From Candidatus Dojkabacteria bacterium (lineage in GTDB: Bacteria; Patescibacteriota; Dojkabacteria; B142; JAFGFJ01), in contig JAFGFJ010000006.1 in assembly GCA_016931155.1 (NCBI GenBank), forward strand, positions 141,115 through 205,114: DNA of 64,000 nucleotides. The letters are read 5' to 3'. The position numbers were made by a program, and so were the translations under genes. A model generated the notes under the pieces. The model saw only the letters and a program-made list of their open reading frames with translations. It did not search any database and was not told the origin of the DNA. Below, one piece after another: positions 9,707-19,332 of this stretch (the stretch's first letter is position 1; each line of letters begins with the position of its first letter).

Positions 9707-10846
9707 ATGATGACAATTTTGGCAGTAAATGCAGGAAGTGAGACGATGAAATTTAAAATTTTTGATAAGGAGCTAAATTCTGTCTCTAAGGGAAAAATAT
9801 TTACAAATAATGGAAAGTATTTTTTCAGGATTAATGGGGAAGAAATAGAGACGGGGCAGAAGGAGTATGATAACCCGATGAATTTAATTCGATGCTCGAT
9901 TCAAGCAAAAATAGATAAAGTTGGATTCAGGATAGTTCACGGCGGAGAAAAATATCTTGATCCGATCCTTCTTACAGATAGGGTTGTTTCTGAAATTGAA
10001 GAACTAAATGACCTTGCTCCGCTTCATAATCCGCCTGCACTTAAGAGAGTAAAGGAATTTAAAGAGCAATTCCCGTCCGTCCCTGTTTATGGTGTTTTTG
10101 ATACTGCTTTTCACAAATCTATCCCTAAAAAAGCTTATTTGTACGGGCTTCCTTACGATTTTTACGAAAAATATAGAATTAGAAAATATGGATTTCATGG
10201 GATATCAAACAGGTTTGTTCTGGATGAATTGAATATAATTGAGCCCGGGCATTCGAGGGTAATAGTATGCCATCTCGGAGGAGGTTCAAGTATTACGGCT
10301 ATTAAGGATGGAAGGTCGATTGATACATCGATGGGATTTACGCCGCTTGATGGCTTGATGATGGCAACAAGAAGTGGGGATGTCGATGATGGTGTTGTTT
10401 TCCATTTGAACAGGAAGTTTCGACTTTCTCTTGATATGATAGCTGATATTGAAAATAACAATAGTGGCTTATTGGGCATTTCTGAAATAAGTGACGATAT
10501 GAGGGTGTTGCTTACAGAGGAAGGAAAAGGGAATATTAGAGCAAAACTTGCAATTGAAATGTATATTTATAGAGTACAAAAGTATATTGGTAGTTTTACT
10601 ACCGCTCTCGGAGGAGTTGATGTACTTGTTTTTACTGCCGGGATAGGAGAGGGATCTGATATTATCAGAAAAAGAATATGTGAAAATTTGTCTTTGTTTG
10701 GGATTGAAATTTCTGACTCTCTAAATGAAGGTAAAAAAAATGTAAGAGAAAATCTGAAAATTTCAAAGAATATTTCCAAGTCTGTCTGGGTAATTCCAAC
10801 GGATGAGGAACTTCAAATTGCAAGAGAAATAAGTACCCTAGAATAA
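9707..10846 (+). CDS. ackA: acetate kinase
   Basis: 379 aa. N-terminal ILAVNAGSETMKFKIF, RIVHGG, VFDTAFH and HLGGGSS are classic acetate/propionate kinase motifs. It starts 9 nt after xfp. Confidence 0.9.
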   Translation: MMTILAVNAGSETMKFKIFDKELNSVSKGKIFTNNGKYFFRINGEEIETGQKEYDNPMNLIRCSIQAKIDKVGFRIVHGGEKYLDPILLTDRVVSEIEELNDLAPLHNPPALKRVKEFKEQFPSVPVYGVFDTAFHKSIPKKAYLYGLPYDFYEKYRIRKYGFHGISNRFVLDELNIIEPGHSRVIVCHLGGGSSITAIKDGRSIDTSMGFTPLDGLMMATRSGDVDDGVVFHLNRKFRLSLDMIADIENNNSGLLGISEISDDMRVLLTEEGKGNIRAKLAIEMYIYRVQKYIGSFTTALGGVDVLVFTAGIGEGSDIIRKRICENLSLFGIEISDSLNEGKKNVRENLKISKNISKSVWVIPTDEELQIAREISTLE

Positions 10847-10884
10847 ATTGAATCAGAAGAAGACTGATCGAAGTCAAGCAAGAA

Positions 10885-10917
10885 AGGAGACAGGTATTCT
10901 CCTATTGTCCTTTTTTT
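10885..10917. terminator. putative bidirectional terminator hairpin between convergent ackA and 10902 ORF
   Basis: AGGAGA (10885-10890), a 7-nt loop, then TCTCCT (10898-10903). A T7 run follows at 10911-10917. The U-tract is not immediately adjacent to the stem. Confidence 0.3.
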
Positions 10918-11291
10918 ATTAGCAAAGTAGCAAGTATTATTAAGGCAAGAGCCAAAGATGCTATCCCGCTATACAAGATATATGTTGCTGTTTGCTGACT
11001 TACAGTTTTAAGAGGTTTTGGGATTATTGAATCAACTGCTCCCAGAACGTCATTTTTTGAATGTGTATTTTCTGGATTGCTGGTTTTTGTTATAGAAACG
11101 CCCTGAATCTCTCCTGTATAAGTTGCAACAGGCTTTACTTCTTTATTGTTTTTGTAAAGAGTATAGAGTTCAACAGGAAGTACAAACATTGCCAGAAATA
11201 TTACAATGATCGCTACTATCTGATGAAGGTTTGTATCAATTGTAATTCCTTCCTTGTGCTCTACTTCCTCTTTTTCTGGTTTTCTTTTCAT
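10902..11291 (-). CDS. hypothetical small membrane protein
   Basis: 129 aa with an N-terminal TM helix (IVAIIVIFLAMFVLPV), a C-terminal TM helix (IASLALALIILATLL) and a KKGQ tail. Confidence 0.45.
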   Translation of the reverse strand: MKRKPEKEEVEHKEGITIDTNLHQIVAIIVIFLAMFVLPVELYTLYKNNKEVKPVATYTGEIQGVSITKTSNPENTHSKNDVLGAVDSIIPKPLKTVSQQTATYILYSGIASLALALIILATLLIKKGQ

Positions 11292-11361
11292 GTCTCTATC
11301 TACATTCTATGCAGATAGGATTGAATTGTCTAGAGCTATTCCTCAGGATACCACGATTCTT

Positions 11362-12435
11362 CTATTTGCTATCAATGTATTGTTTTTTATTTTCATTATG
11401 CTCGCTTAATGTTTTTGCATAATGAATCTGCCCATCATTCCCGTGGAGATAGTAAAAGTATTCATTTTTACCAGGATAAATCACTGCATTAATCGAATCA
11501 ATTCCGGGATTTGAGATTGGAGTCGGTGTAAGTCCTGGGTATTTGTATGTATTGTAAAGGGAATCTTTTTCTTTCAAGAGAAATGCATTTGCTTTCCAGT
11601 CTTTCTTCTCGTAAAGAAGAGCGGCATCAACCTGAAGAAGTTTTACTCCATCCAGTTCACCTTTGAGTCTTTTCAATAAAACGTCTGCTATTTCGTGTTT
11701 TTCATCTTTTGTAAAAGCCTCTCTCTCTATTATTGAAGCAAGTATGAGCGTTTCATAAAAATTTAAATTACTTTTTTCTATGGCAGCATAATCTTCATCC
11801 TTGAATTTTGAAATAAGAGTAGTTATCAGTCTTTCTATTGCCTGCTGTGTAGTGATGTTTTTTGCAAAATTGTAGGTGTCAGGATATAAAAATCCTTCGA
11901 GTGACTTCTTTTCAGGTTTATAAGCAGTAAGAAAATCTCTAATAGATGATGAAAATGTATAATTGTCTGGATTCTTGACCATATCATCGAAATCAGACCT
12001 AACAAATTTGGACTGATTGCCTTGTAGTTTTTCCTCAAGTATTGTTCCAACTTCATCCATTCTGAGTCCTTCGGGTATTGTTATCCAGACAGTATCATCT
12101 GCAGTTGCATTCTGTAGAGCATTGGCTATCTCAACAATTGTCATATTCCTTTTAAGCACGAAAGTGCCTGCTTTTATCTCCGGGATCAAATTGTTTAGTC
12201 TTAAATACCAGTAGAAAGCGTCAACATTATTGATAAGCCCTTCATTTTTCAGTTCCCTTGCTGTGGTATTAATATCCTGTCCAAGTTTAATCTCGAATCT
12301 TACTACCTCCTCAGAAGAGCTTGCTGGAGTATTTACTGTCTTGATGTACCATTGTCTTGTAAAGAAAAATCCTACTCCTGCAAGTATGATCAGGATAAAA
12401 AGAATTATTAGTAATGCATTGACAAATTTTTTCAT
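11362..12435 (-). CDS. mltG: endolytic murein transglycosylase MltG (YceG family)
   Basis: 357 aa. N-terminal TM anchor and a YceG-like layout (VRFEIKLGQ, IPEGLRMDEVGTILEE, GLTPTPISNPG). Adjacent to ruvX as in many genomes. Confidence 0.8.
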   Translation of the reverse strand: MKKFVNALLIILFILIILAGVGFFFTRQWYIKTVNTPASSSEEVVRFEIKLGQDINTTARELKNEGLINNVDAFYWYLRLNNLIPEIKAGTFVLKRNMTIVEIANALQNATADDTVWITIPEGLRMDEVGTILEEKLQGNQSKFVRSDFDDMVKNPDNYTFSSSIRDFLTAYKPEKKSLEGFLYPDTYNFAKNITTQQAIERLITTLISKFKDEDYAAIEKSNLNFYETLILASIIEREAFTKDEKHEIADVLLKRLKGELDGVKLLQVDAALLYEKKDWKANAFLLKEKDSLYNTYKYPGLTPTPISNPGIDSINAVIYPGKNEYFYYLHGNDGQIHYAKTLSEHNENKKQYIDSK

Positions 12436-12476
12436 TATATTCTTCGATAAATTTTAAATAGGTAGAGGTGATTTTA

Positions 12477-12866
12477 TCACTGTTCTGATGAATTTAAAAA
12501 TTCCTGCAGGATAATTGCAGCTGCCTGATCATCAATATCTTTCCGTCCATTACTATTCTTCTCAGCAATTTTACTTGATAGATATTCATCCCAAAAAATA
12601 ATCCTTGTAGTAATTTTTTTGTTTAATTCTTCAGCAAAGTCCTTTATGAGATTTGCCTCCTTTCCGTGACTTCCATCGGGCTTGAGAGGTATACCTATCA
12701 GAATTTGCTGCACTTTCAGTTTATTGTATATTCTGGCAATTTCTTCTATTGCCTCTTTATTGGTTCTTCCCTTGATTATTTTTATCGGTGCTGCTGCAAT
12801 TCCAAGCTCATCAGAAACAGCAATTCCAATTCTTTTTGTTCCAAAATCAATTGCAAGAGTTTTCAT
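12477..12866 (-). CDS. ruvX: Holliday junction resolvase-like RNase RuvX/YqgF
   Basis: 129 aa. MKTLAIDFGTKRIGIAVSD is the canonical YqgF N-terminus. Confidence 0.85.
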   Translation of the reverse strand: MKTLAIDFGTKRIGIAVSDELGIAAAPIKIIKGRTNKEAIEEIARIYNKLKVQQILIGIPLKPDGSHGKEANLIKDFAEELNKKITTRIIFWDEYLSSKIAEKNSNGRKDIDDQAAAIILQEFLNSSEQ

Positions 12867-13032
12867 TATTTTATGAGAAAGCAGCAGAACAGTAAATAAC
12901 TTGTACAGTTTTTGTATTAGAGAGTGAATTTTAACATAATCATGGGGGTTCTGTTTCTGTATTCTATATATCTGAAAATTTTGTTTTTATTAAATATGTT
13001 CTGCATTTTCTGTTATAATCGTTCGACTAATG

Positions 13033-13041
13033 CTTTTTTGA
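13033..13041 (+). promoter_or_regulatory. extended -10 element (TGtTATAAT) upstream of pnp
   Basis: tgttataat at 13033-13041. It would give a ~140-nt leader before the pnp ATG at 13189. Confidence 0.3.
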
Positions 13042-13188
13042 GGAAACGGGTGGTGAGGATTGACAGGAGAAATTAGTAAGGAGTCTATTTCAGGGGATCC
13101 GGGAAAAAGACTTCCTGCTAATTTATTCAAGATTCCCCGCTTCAGTTCTTCACAAAGCAAAATATTTATATTTTGTTTAAGTCTAAAG

Positions 13189-15318
13189 ATGAATAAAAAA
13201 ATCACAAAGACCTTTAGTTTTAATGGTCAGGAAATTATCTTTGAAACCGGGCATATCGGGTTTCGTGCTGACTCTGCACTAACTATCAGGCAGGGTGAGA
13301 CTGTTCTTATGATATTTGTTACTGCAAGTGACAAGCCTTCAGAGTTGGATTATTTCCCTCTGGGAATAACTTACTTCGAAAAGGACTATGCAGCAGGTAT
13401 TATTTCAGGATCCAGATATATAAAGAGAGAAAGGAGACCTTCTGATGAGAATATTGTAAAGGGAAGGGAAATTGATCGTGCACTTCGTCCGCTTTTTCCT
13501 GAAGGATTTAAAAATGAGGTTAACGTTGTAATAAATGTGATGGCATATGATGGAATTAATGACCCTGTTGATCTTGGGATTACTGGTGCTTCTCTTGCTC
13601 TTATGTTGTCCTCTGTACCTTTCGAGGGTCCGGTTTCAGGTATTACGATTGGTATGGATGAAAAGGGAGAATTAAAAGTTAATCCGAGTCTGGAGGAATT
13701 AAAAACTTCCAGCCTTGATGCATCTTTTGGAGTAAATGAAGTTGGAATCACTATGCTTGAGGTTGGGGCAAATATTGTAAAAGAGGAGGAGATGAGTAAA
13801 GCATTTGAGCTTGCCTATAAAGAAGGTCAAAAGCTTATTGGGTGGCAGAAAGAAATTGCAAAAGAACTGGGAAAAGAGAAAATGCAGTTTGAGCCTTTCA
13901 AGCCCGGTAAAGTACTTGTAAAGAAAATAGAAGAGAAATATGCAAAAGAAATTGAATATGCTCTTTTCAATGATGATGACAGAAGGAGTATGCTTCGTGA
14001 AATTGAAGCAAAAGCTGTTGAGGAAATAAGAACAGAAAAAGGGTTTGAGGAAGAGAGCCCTTTTCTTATAGTTGAGGCTGTGAATAAAGTAGCGAAAAAA
14101 ATTACGAGGCATTCTATGCTTAAGGAGAAGAAAAGGCTTTCAAACAGAGCAATGGATGAAGTCCGTGTACTTGATGTAGAGGCAGGAGTTCTTCCGAGAG
14201 TGCATGGTTCTGCTCTTTTCTCCCGTGGAATAACTCAGGTAATGTCAGTTGCAACACTTGGTTCGGTAAGGCTGGTTCAAACTCTGGAAGGACTGGAAGG
14301 TGAGGAAAGTAAAAGATATATTCATCATTACAATGGACCCAGATATTCACTTGGAGAAGCCGGAAGGTTTGAGTTTTATCCCGGAAATAGAGAAATCGGT
14401 CATGGGGCAATGGCGGAGAAGGCATTACTTCCGGTTATTCCCCCAATGGATGAGTTTCCATATGCAATTCGTGTTGTTTCCGAAATTCTTTCACAAAGCG
14501 GATCAAGCTCACAAGCCGCAACTTGTGGATCATCTCTTGCCCTTATGGATGCTGGCGTTCCGATAAAAGCTCCCGTTGGTGGCATTGCAATCGGTTTAGT
14601 AACTGGTGAAACACAGGATGAATTTCAGCTGGTAACGGATATGCAGGATGTGGAAGATTTCTATGGCGATATGGATTTCAAGGTAATGGGGACAATGGAA
14701 GGAATTACTGCTATTCAGATGGATAATAAGTTGAACGGTGTGAAAGTTGAGATTTTACAAAAGGCATTGATAGAGGCAAAGAAAGGAAGAGAAGTTGTGC
14801 TGGAAGCGATGATAAAGATAATAGCTGAACCGAGGAACAATCTTTCTAAATACGCTCCTAAGGTTGAAATTGTTAAGATTAACCCGGCAAAGATTGGTGA
14901 ACTCATTGGACCTGGAGGGAAGAATATCAAGAAGATGGCTGAAATTCTTGGAGACGGTGTCGATATTAACATTGAGGATACGGGAGATGTTTTTGTAACA
15001 ACTTCTGATACTGAACTAATGGCGAAGGCAGTTCAGATGATAAAAGCTGTGGTGGAAGAGGCAGAAGTTGGGAAAGTATACGAAGGTACTATTGACAGGA
15101 TTGAAAACTACGGTGCATTTGTTGATGTCAGTCCTGCAATATCAGGTCTCATTCATGTCTCGGAAATGGCGGATGGATTTGTAAAAGATCCAAATGCTAT
15201 TGTAAAGCTGGGGCAGAAAGTGAGAGCAAAAGTAATACGAATTGATGAACAGGGTAAGGTCAGCATGACACTAAAAGGAATAGATCAAGTTTCAAAAGCT
15301 GAATCAGATAGAGCTTAA
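13189..15318 (+). CDS. pnp: polynucleotide phosphorylase
   Basis: Two RNase PH domains plus KH (IGPGGKNIKKM) and S1 (GKVYEGTIDRIENYGAFVD). The track ORF opens at 13060, but MNKKITKTFSFNGQEI at 13189 matches the usual PNPase N-terminus. Confidence 0.9.
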   Translation: MNKKITKTFSFNGQEIIFETGHIGFRADSALTIRQGETVLMIFVTASDKPSELDYFPLGITYFEKDYAAGIISGSRYIKRERRPSDENIVKGREIDRALRPLFPEGFKNEVNVVINVMAYDGINDPVDLGITGASLALMLSSVPFEGPVSGITIGMDEKGELKVNPSLEELKTSSLDASFGVNEVGITMLEVGANIVKEEEMSKAFELAYKEGQKLIGWQKEIAKELGKEKMQFEPFKPGKVLVKKIEEKYAKEIEYALFNDDDRRSMLREIEAKAVEEIRTEKGFEEESPFLIVEAVNKVAKKITRHSMLKEKKRLSNRAMDEVRVLDVEAGVLPRVHGSALFSRGITQVMSVATLGSVRLVQTLEGLEGEESKRYIHHYNGPRYSLGEAGRFEFYPGNREIGHGAMAEKALLPVIPPMDEFPYAIRVVSEILSQSGSSSQAATCGSSLALMDAGVPIKAPVGGIAIGLVTGETQDEFQLVTDMQDVEDFYGDMDFKVMGTMEGITAIQMDNKLNGVKVEILQKALIEAKKGREVVLEAMIKIIAEPRNNLSKYAPKVEIVKINPAKIGELIGPGGKNIKKMAEILGDGVDINIEDTGDVFVTTSDTELMAKAVQMIKAVVEEAEVGKVYEGTIDRIENYGAFVDVSPAISGLIHVSEMADGFVKDPNAIVKLGQKVRAKVIRIDEQGKVSMTLKGIDQVSKAESDRA

Positions 15319-15325
15319 TACTTTT

Positions 15326-17089
15326 ATGGTTAGTACAGTTTTCGCAAAAGGAAAAAGGCTCCTTTCTATGGAGCAGAGTGGAATCCTTTCAACGGCCGTA
15401 CTGTTGATGGTCTTGAACTTGATCACCAAATTCGCAGGATTCTTTTTTCTTGCAATAGCTGCTTCTACGGTTGGAGCAAACAGATCTTCAGATATATTCT
15501 TTGCGGCAAATACCCTTCCTGAGCTTATTTCCAATGTAATTCTTTTTGGAGCAATTTCAGTATCGGTTGTACCGGTTCTTATTGACGTATTAAACAAAGA
15601 AGGTGAGAAGAGTTTTTTGCGTGTACTAAATTCCATAATGAATATGAGTCTTCTTTTCTTTTCATTTATAGGAATTTTGCTTGCTGTTTTTGCACGGGAT
15701 ATATTTCCTTTCTTTCTTCAAAATGTAATTAATCCTATTGATCCGTTCACACTCGCTGAGATAGAGGAAATAGTTAACATAACGAGGGTTCTCCTTATAC
15801 CGCAAATTGTGCTTGGAATATCAACTTTCGTCTCTAGTGGACTATATTCGAAAAACAGAATTATACTTCCTCAGATTGCACCACTTTTTTATAATTTTGG
15901 AAGAATAGTTGGAACCTTGCTTTTTGTCTCTGTTTTTCATATGGGTATATGGGGACTTGTATGGTCAACTCTGGTTGGCTCAATTTTTCACTTGATAGTA
16001 CAATTGCCTATCGCACAGGAACTGGGGATTAGATATCTTACTGTACTTGATCTTAAAAGTCGTGCTGTGAGAGAGGCTATTACTCTGGGTATTCCCAGGG
16101 TTTTAAGTATTGCAACTGAACAAATAGCTCTCACAGTGGATCAGTTTATAGCTCTTGGGCTTGTTGCAGGCTCTACTACCACTTTTTATTTTGCTGTAAG
16201 ACTCATCTCGATTCCACTTGCTGTATTCGGAAGTACTTTTGCAACAGCAGTTTTCCCTTCACTTTCGGATGCATTTTCCAAAAGGAATATGTCAAAATTT
16301 TCAGTTATTTTGCATAGTGCTATTAATAATATATTCTTTCTTGCCATTCCAACGTCTGTTGTTCTCCTTGTTCTTAGGGTGCCACTTGTCAGGTTGACGT
16401 TCGGTATTTTTGATAAAAGTACTTTCGGTTTTGATAGTACATACATGACAGCATGGATAGTTCTTTTCTTCTCATTTGGGCTTGGGTTTGAGTCTCTTAG
16501 AACGATTTTATACAGGACATTTTATGCAGCACACGACTCAATAAGACCTTTTTTCTCTGCGGTATTTGTTGTAGTTGGGGGAATTATTACAGGTATTCTA
16601 TTTACCAATTATTTCAGTCATTTTGACCATTTTAGTTTAAGAGAAGTGACCTTTAATTTCAGTTATTTCTTTAGCAAGGCAGGGGGGAGAGCAGGTGTTG
16701 GAGGACTTGCTCTGAGTTCGAGCCTTATCTATTTTATCGAGTTTGTGATACTTATCCTGATGCTTAATAAAAGAATTATTAAAGTCAATTTTAAAAATCT
16801 TATTATTTCTTTTGGAAAAAAGTTCTTTTCAGCAATAGTGATGGGACTCCTGCTATACAGTCTCTTCAAACTTTGGGATGATGTCTTGGATGTTGCAAGA
16901 ACCATTAATCTTTTTATCTTGACTTCGTCAACTATTATCTCCGGTCTCATGGTTTATGTCTGGATCAGCTACCTTTTGAATGATGAAGATGTAAGCTTGC
17001 TTGCAAAATTGATAAGAAAAATTGGAGGTGCTTTTAAGAAAAGCGGACAAAAGCACAAGATGTTGGCTCCAGATACTGAGCTAGACTAG
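15326..17089 (+). CDS. murJ: lipid II flippase MurJ (MviN) family
   Basis: 587 aa with about 14 TM segments. The N-terminal GILSTAVLLMVLNLITKFAGFF...ASTVGAN...DIFFAANTLPE matches MurJ-family N-termini. Confidence 0.7.
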   Translation: MVSTVFAKGKRLLSMEQSGILSTAVLLMVLNLITKFAGFFFLAIAASTVGANRSSDIFFAANTLPELISNVILFGAISVSVVPVLIDVLNKEGEKSFLRVLNSIMNMSLLFFSFIGILLAVFARDIFPFFLQNVINPIDPFTLAEIEEIVNITRVLLIPQIVLGISTFVSSGLYSKNRIILPQIAPLFYNFGRIVGTLLFVSVFHMGIWGLVWSTLVGSIFHLIVQLPIAQELGIRYLTVLDLKSRAVREAITLGIPRVLSIATEQIALTVDQFIALGLVAGSTTTFYFAVRLISIPLAVFGSTFATAVFPSLSDAFSKRNMSKFSVILHSAINNIFFLAIPTSVVLLVLRVPLVRLTFGIFDKSTFGFDSTYMTAWIVLFFSFGLGFESLRTILYRTFYAAHDSIRPFFSAVFVVVGGIITGILFTNYFSHFDHFSLREVTFNFSYFFSKAGGRAGVGGLALSSSLIYFIEFVILILMLNKRIIKVNFKNLIISFGKKFFSAIVMGLLLYSLFKLWDDVLDVARTINLFILTSSTIISGLMVYVWISYLLNDEDVSLLAKLIRKIGGAFKKSGQKHKMLAPDTELD

Positions 17090-17160
17090 TCGAAATTTGC
17101 AGAGAGCAGTCTTCTGATATACTATTATTCTGGAAAGTAATTTATGAAGAAATAATTTAA

Positions 17161-18393
17161 ATGTCCACGCCGGATTCTTCGGGAAAAAACCAAAATCCAT
17201 TTGGGACTCCATCAGTCCAGCAAAACGGCACAGATAACTCTTCTGCTTCTGGGAATATTGCTGTTACGAATGCATCATCTGATGAATCAGTATCAACTGT
17301 ATCATCTGTATTACCTGATAAATCAACGTCTCCCGATGTATCTCCAGCTCCAGCTACAGGCGTAGGATCCGATCGAGCAGGTATTGGGGCTCAAGCGCAA
17401 GGAGTAGTTCCGGAAGAGACATCTCGGAGCAGTACGTCTCCGGGCACACCTATAAATGCTGTACCACAAGGTAGTGTATCTTCAAATGGAGTATCCCCAA
17501 CAGGATTATCTCCTGTTGCTGCACCTCCAGACAGTTCATCAGTTGATACTCTGCCGGTTTCTGCTTCTACCCAGACAATTCCAAATACGGTGGGAGGAAT
17601 GACGGACAATCCAATACCACAGTCAAACGGTAATGGAGGACTTCCTCCAATTTCTGATACTCCGCCGGCTGATCTGGGAAATAAAGACGAAAAAGAGGAA
17701 GATGATGAGAAAGATGAGCCTCAAGTTGTTGAGAGAGTTATTATTAAAGAAAAAGGAGGGGGTCTTGGATGTTTCGGTTTAATAAAGCGGATTACGTGTT
17801 TTATTTTATTGATTTTTCTCCTCCTGGTAACAGCTGTTGTTGCTTTAATTATTTTCAAACCTCCATTTCTTACAGAGCCACTAAAAATGTATTTAAACGG
17901 AAATTACAAGCCTGATAAGACATCTGAGGGCATAACCTCTATATCAGTGGAAAGTTATATCGATGAGGTTACAAGTCCAACGAATGGGGAGGTTACTTTT
18001 CAGCTGACTGAAGATCAGCTTACTACTCTGGTCAGGGCTCGACTTGCAGATGGAGCCGATGTGAGGGTCGGCCTTGAGGAAGAGAAAATACAGATATTTG
18101 TTGATGTTGCTGAGCAGGGAGAACCACTGTGGGTCATTGTTGAACTCACCGATACTGAAGATAAACTTGTTTTTTCCAGAATTGGTTTTGGAAAGATCAA
18201 TACACCCGAGTCCCTTCGAGAATTTGTAAAAGAGAGGGCATTTGGTCTTATGGGAACAGTAATTAAGGATCTGGAATTGGGCACAAGTGAACAGCTTATA
18301 AGTAGTTTAGCAGGTGGTGAAATAAGTAGTAGTGTTGTAATTAAGGATGTAAAATTTGCGAAAGATCTAGTTTTGGTCACAGTTGAACTTTGA
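17161..18393 (+). CDS. Ser/Thr/Pro-rich membrane-anchored protein
   Basis: 410 aa. About 170 aa of S/T/P/G low complexity, then an acidic KDEKEEDDEKDE stretch, one TM helix (CFILLIFLLLVTAVVALIIF) and a ~170-aa C-terminal domain. Confidence 0.5.
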   Translation: MSTPDSSGKNQNPFGTPSVQQNGTDNSSASGNIAVTNASSDESVSTVSSVLPDKSTSPDVSPAPATGVGSDRAGIGAQAQGVVPEETSRSSTSPGTPINAVPQGSVSSNGVSPTGLSPVAAPPDSSSVDTLPVSASTQTIPNTVGGMTDNPIPQSNGNGGLPPISDTPPADLGNKDEKEEDDEKDEPQVVERVIIKEKGGGLGCFGLIKRITCFILLIFLLLVTAVVALIIFKPPFLTEPLKMYLNGNYKPDKTSEGITSISVESYIDEVTSPTNGEVTFQLTEDQLTTLVRARLADGADVRVGLEEEKIQIFVDVAEQGEPLWVIVELTDTEDKLVFSRIGFGKINTPESLREFVKERAFGLMGTVIKDLELGTSEQLISSLAGGEISSSVVIKDVKFAKDLVLVTVEL

Positions 18394-19298
18394 TATATCT
18401 AATCCACGGGGACAATTACTTTGAAAGCGGAGAAGAACTTAGGAGTCTGGTTTACGAGTATAATCAGAAATTTTCCGATGCTGAAGTTGAGGTAAAACAT
18501 GGAGATGAGGCTAATACATTAAACGATCTTTTTTCCGGATTAGATACAATTTCTCTTTTTTCTACAAGAAAGCTTTTAGTCGTTAAAAGATTATTTTCAA
18601 ATAAAAAAAAATCTATTTTGTCAGAGACGGCAGATTTTTTGTCTGAGCGGAAAAAAATGACTTTAGTTTTATGGGAAGAAAAATCTGCTGATAAGAGATC
18701 AAAATTATTTAAGCTAATTAGTAAAATTGGAGTAGTCAGGGAATTTGAAATCAGGAAACCAGCAGCTCTGAGAAGCTGGTTTTTGGATCAGGCGGAGAAA
18801 AAGAAAATAGAATTTAAGTCGGGTCTTGCAGATCAGATTATTTTTAGAGTTGGAGAAAATGAGGCAGTTCTTTCCAACGAACTGGATAAATTGAAATTAT
18901 TTCTTGAAGCGGAAGGAAGAAAAGAAATAACGGAAAATGATATTGAGAATCTTGTTGAAAGCAGAGAGGCAAATATCTGGGAATTTATTGATTCGCTTGT
19001 TGAAAGAAATCGCAAAAAGGCTTTATTTCAAATTGAAAAACTAATTCGAGATAAAACTGACTATATTCAAACAGTCGGAATGATTGCCAGGGAGTTAAGA
19101 ATGCTTGCCCTTTCAGACTACAAAGAAAAGCTTGGCCTTCATCCCTTTGTCCTTTCAAAGTTGAAAAAGCATGCCGGAAATTTTACAAAAGAAAAAATTA
19201 AGGAAATGTATAAAAAGCTTGTTGGACTGGATTTTTCCGTGAAACAGGGAAGAATAGATGAGAAACTTGGTCTTAGTTTATATGTTATCAGTGTTTAA
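18390..19298 (+). CDS. holA: DNA polymerase III delta subunit
   Basis: 302 aa. (M)IYLIHGDNYF...LFSTRKLLVVKR fits the HolA N-terminus. The TTG start overlaps the upstream stop by 4 nt. Confidence 0.65.
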   Translation: MIYLIHGDNYFESGEELRSLVYEYNQKFSDAEVEVKHGDEANTLNDLFSGLDTISLFSTRKLLVVKRLFSNKKKSILSETADFLSERKKMTLVLWEEKSADKRSKLFKLISKIGVVREFEIRKPAALRSWFLDQAEKKKIEFKSGLADQIIFRVGENEAVLSNELDKLKLFLEAEGRKEITENDIENLVESREANIWEFIDSLVERNRKKALFQIEKLIRDKTDYIQTVGMIARELRMLALSDYKEKLGLHPFVLSKLKKHAGNFTKEKIKEMYKKLVGLDFSVKQGRIDEKLGLSLYVISV

Positions 19299-19332
19299 TG
19301 TTCCCGCTGCTAACATGATAAGATAATACAAT

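Noticed and set aside
13060-13188. N-terminal 43-codon extension of the pnp ORF (MTGEISKESISGDPGKRLP...)
   Set aside because: The conserved PNPase N-terminus begins at MNKKITKTF (13189). The extension overlaps a likely promoter (TGtTATAAT at 13033-13041) and has no homology expectation.
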